Positions 62,827 to 64,000 of a stretch of 64,000 nt of DNA are shown here, piece by piece (within the stretch, counting starts at the first letter, position 1; each line of letters starts with the position of its first letter). The stretch is from an uncultured Actinomycetes bacterium (GTDB lineage Bacteria > Actinomycetota > Thermoleophilia > UBA2241). Below the pieces are notes generated by a model. It was not told the origin of the DNA. It saw only the letters and a program-made list of their open reading frames with translations, and did not search any database. The position numbers were made by a program, and so were the translations under genes. The DNA is taken from the NCBI GenBank assembly GCA_963767005.1, contig CAVYCN010000002.1, positions 256,001 through 320,000 on the forward strand. The letters run 5' to 3'.

Positions 62827-64000
62827 ATGACGACCGTCTGGGGACCGCGTCGCGGCATCGTGGTCGAGGTCGACGCGGCGAGCGCCGGCGCCCCGCTCGG
62901 GGCGCCCGAGCTCGCCGCCTTCGAGACGCTCGACCTGGTCTACCGTGCGCTCAGCGCGCTGCTGTTCAACTACGTGCCCACTTCGGGTCACCCCGGCGGC
63001 TCGATCTCGTCGGGACGCTTCACCGCGGCGCTGCTCTACGACTCACTCGACTACGACCTGTGCGACCCCGAGCGCGACGACGCCGACCTGCTCAGCTATG
63101 CGGCCGGCCACAAGGCGATGGGGCTCTACGCGATGTGGGCGCTGCGCGACGAGATCGCGCGCCTGGGGGCGCCCGATCTGCTGCCAGCCGACGAGGGGAA
63201 ACGGCTGCGTCTCGAGGACCTGCTCGGCTTTCGCCGCAACCCGACCACGCAGACGCCGCTCTTTCGCCGCCTGCGGGCGCGCGCCCTGGACGGCCATCCG
63301 ACGCCGGCGACGCCGTTCGTGCGCCTGGCCACCGGCGCGTCGGGGGTCGGCATGGCGAGCTCGATCGGCCTCGCCATCGGTGCCCGCGACAGGTTCGGCA
63401 CGGCCTGCCCGCGCGTGCACGTGAGCGAGGGCGAGGGCGGGCTCACGCCAGGGCGGGTGGCCGAGGCTCTGGCCGCGGCCGGCACCGCCCGCCTGGCCAA
63501 CGTCGTCGTGCACCTCGACTGGAACCAGGCCTCGATCGACAGCGAGCGCGTGTGCCGCGAAGAGGATGTGGCCGGCGACTACGTGCAGTGGGAACCCGCC
63601 GAGCTGTTCCACCTGCACGACTGGAACGTCGTGCGCGTCGCCGACGGGCACGATCTCGCCCAGGTCGTGGCGGCCCAGCGGCTGGCCGCCGGCCTGGAGA
63701 CCGGCCAGCCGACGGCGATCGTCTACCGCACGCGCAAGGGCTGGCACTACGGCATCGAGGGGCGCGCCTCGCACGGCGCCGGCCACAAGCTCTGCTCCGA
63801 GGGCTTCTACCGCTCGGTCGCCGAGCTCACCGGGGGCGCCGACGACGCCGGGGGTGACGGCGATGCGTTTCCCACCTGCGCGCCCGACGACCCGCGCTGC
63901 GCCGGCCGCGACGGCGCCGAGGTACGCGAGGAATGCTTCTGGGCGGCGCTGCAGGTCGTGCGGCGACGGCTCGAGCGCGAGACCGACGCCGTGACCGTAC
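62827..64000 (+). CDS. Transketolase-like TPP enzyme, N-terminal part (runs off window; absent from the ORF track)
   Basis: ATG 62827 after GGGAGG; SGHPGGS, AAGHK, DGHP, ATGASGVG, EGEGG...DWN, TRKG, HG; no stop before 64000. Confidence 0.85.
   Translation, partial: MTTVWGPRRGIVVEVDAASAGAPLGAPELAAFETLDLVYRALSALLFNYVPTSGHPGGSISSGRFTAALLYDSLDYDLCDPERDDADLLSYAAGHKAMGLYAMWALRDEIARLGAPDLLPADEGKRLRLEDLLGFRRNPTTQTPLFRRLRARALDGHPTPATPFVRLATGASGVGMASSIGLAIGARDRFGTACPRVHVSEGEGGLTPGRVAEALAAAGTARLANVVVHLDWNQASIDSERVCREEDVAGDYVQWEPAELFHLHDWNVVRVADGHDLAQVVAAQRLAAGLETGQPTAIVYRTRKGWHYGIEGRASHGAGHKLCSEGFYRSVAELTGGADDAGGDGDAFPTCAPDDPRCAGRDGAEVREECFWAALQVVRRRLERETDAVTV

Overview
Very GC-rich bacterial DNA. The gene order, Gram-positive-type LexA box, AroH and YqeK point to a deep-branching Actinomycetota (Thermoleophilia-like); this taxonomy is an inference. 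Bases 1-36.1 kb are a co-oriented housekeeping block: radical-SAM pair, rne, rplU/rpmA, obgE, proBA, nadD, yqeK, rsfS, LexA-boxed dinB, EF-G2, pdxST, yebC-ruvCAB, queH-queA-tgt-yajC, parA-ftsZ-scpAB-rluB, aroH-aroF-tyrA-aroA-cmk-plsC-ispH and DUF512. Bases 36.2-64 kb are an accessory methylated-amine/C1 island. Its main feature is an MtbB (dimethylamine:corrinoid methyltransferase family) gene split only by an in-frame TAG at the canonical pyrrolysine position (codon 353, 41308-41310), followed by a possible PYLIS-like hairpin, even though about a quarter of the genes here use TAG as an ordinary stop. The island also carries non-pyrrolysine MttB and MtmB homologs, a corrinoid protein, three choline/aminoglycoside-kinase-fold enzymes and three APC permeases. 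An uncharacterised cassette (metallophosphoesterase + APC permease + nucleotidyltransferase-fold protein) occurs twice. Other island genes are two DeoR regulators with a shared candidate operator, a plant-HPR1-like hydroxypyruvate reductase with glycerate kinase, and a glycine-riboswitch-controlled GcvT-SHMT fusion followed by a transketolase-like gene. No pyl genes, tRNAs, rRNAs, CRISPR arrays or transposases were recognised. All family assignments are from motif recognition by eye; no searches were run.
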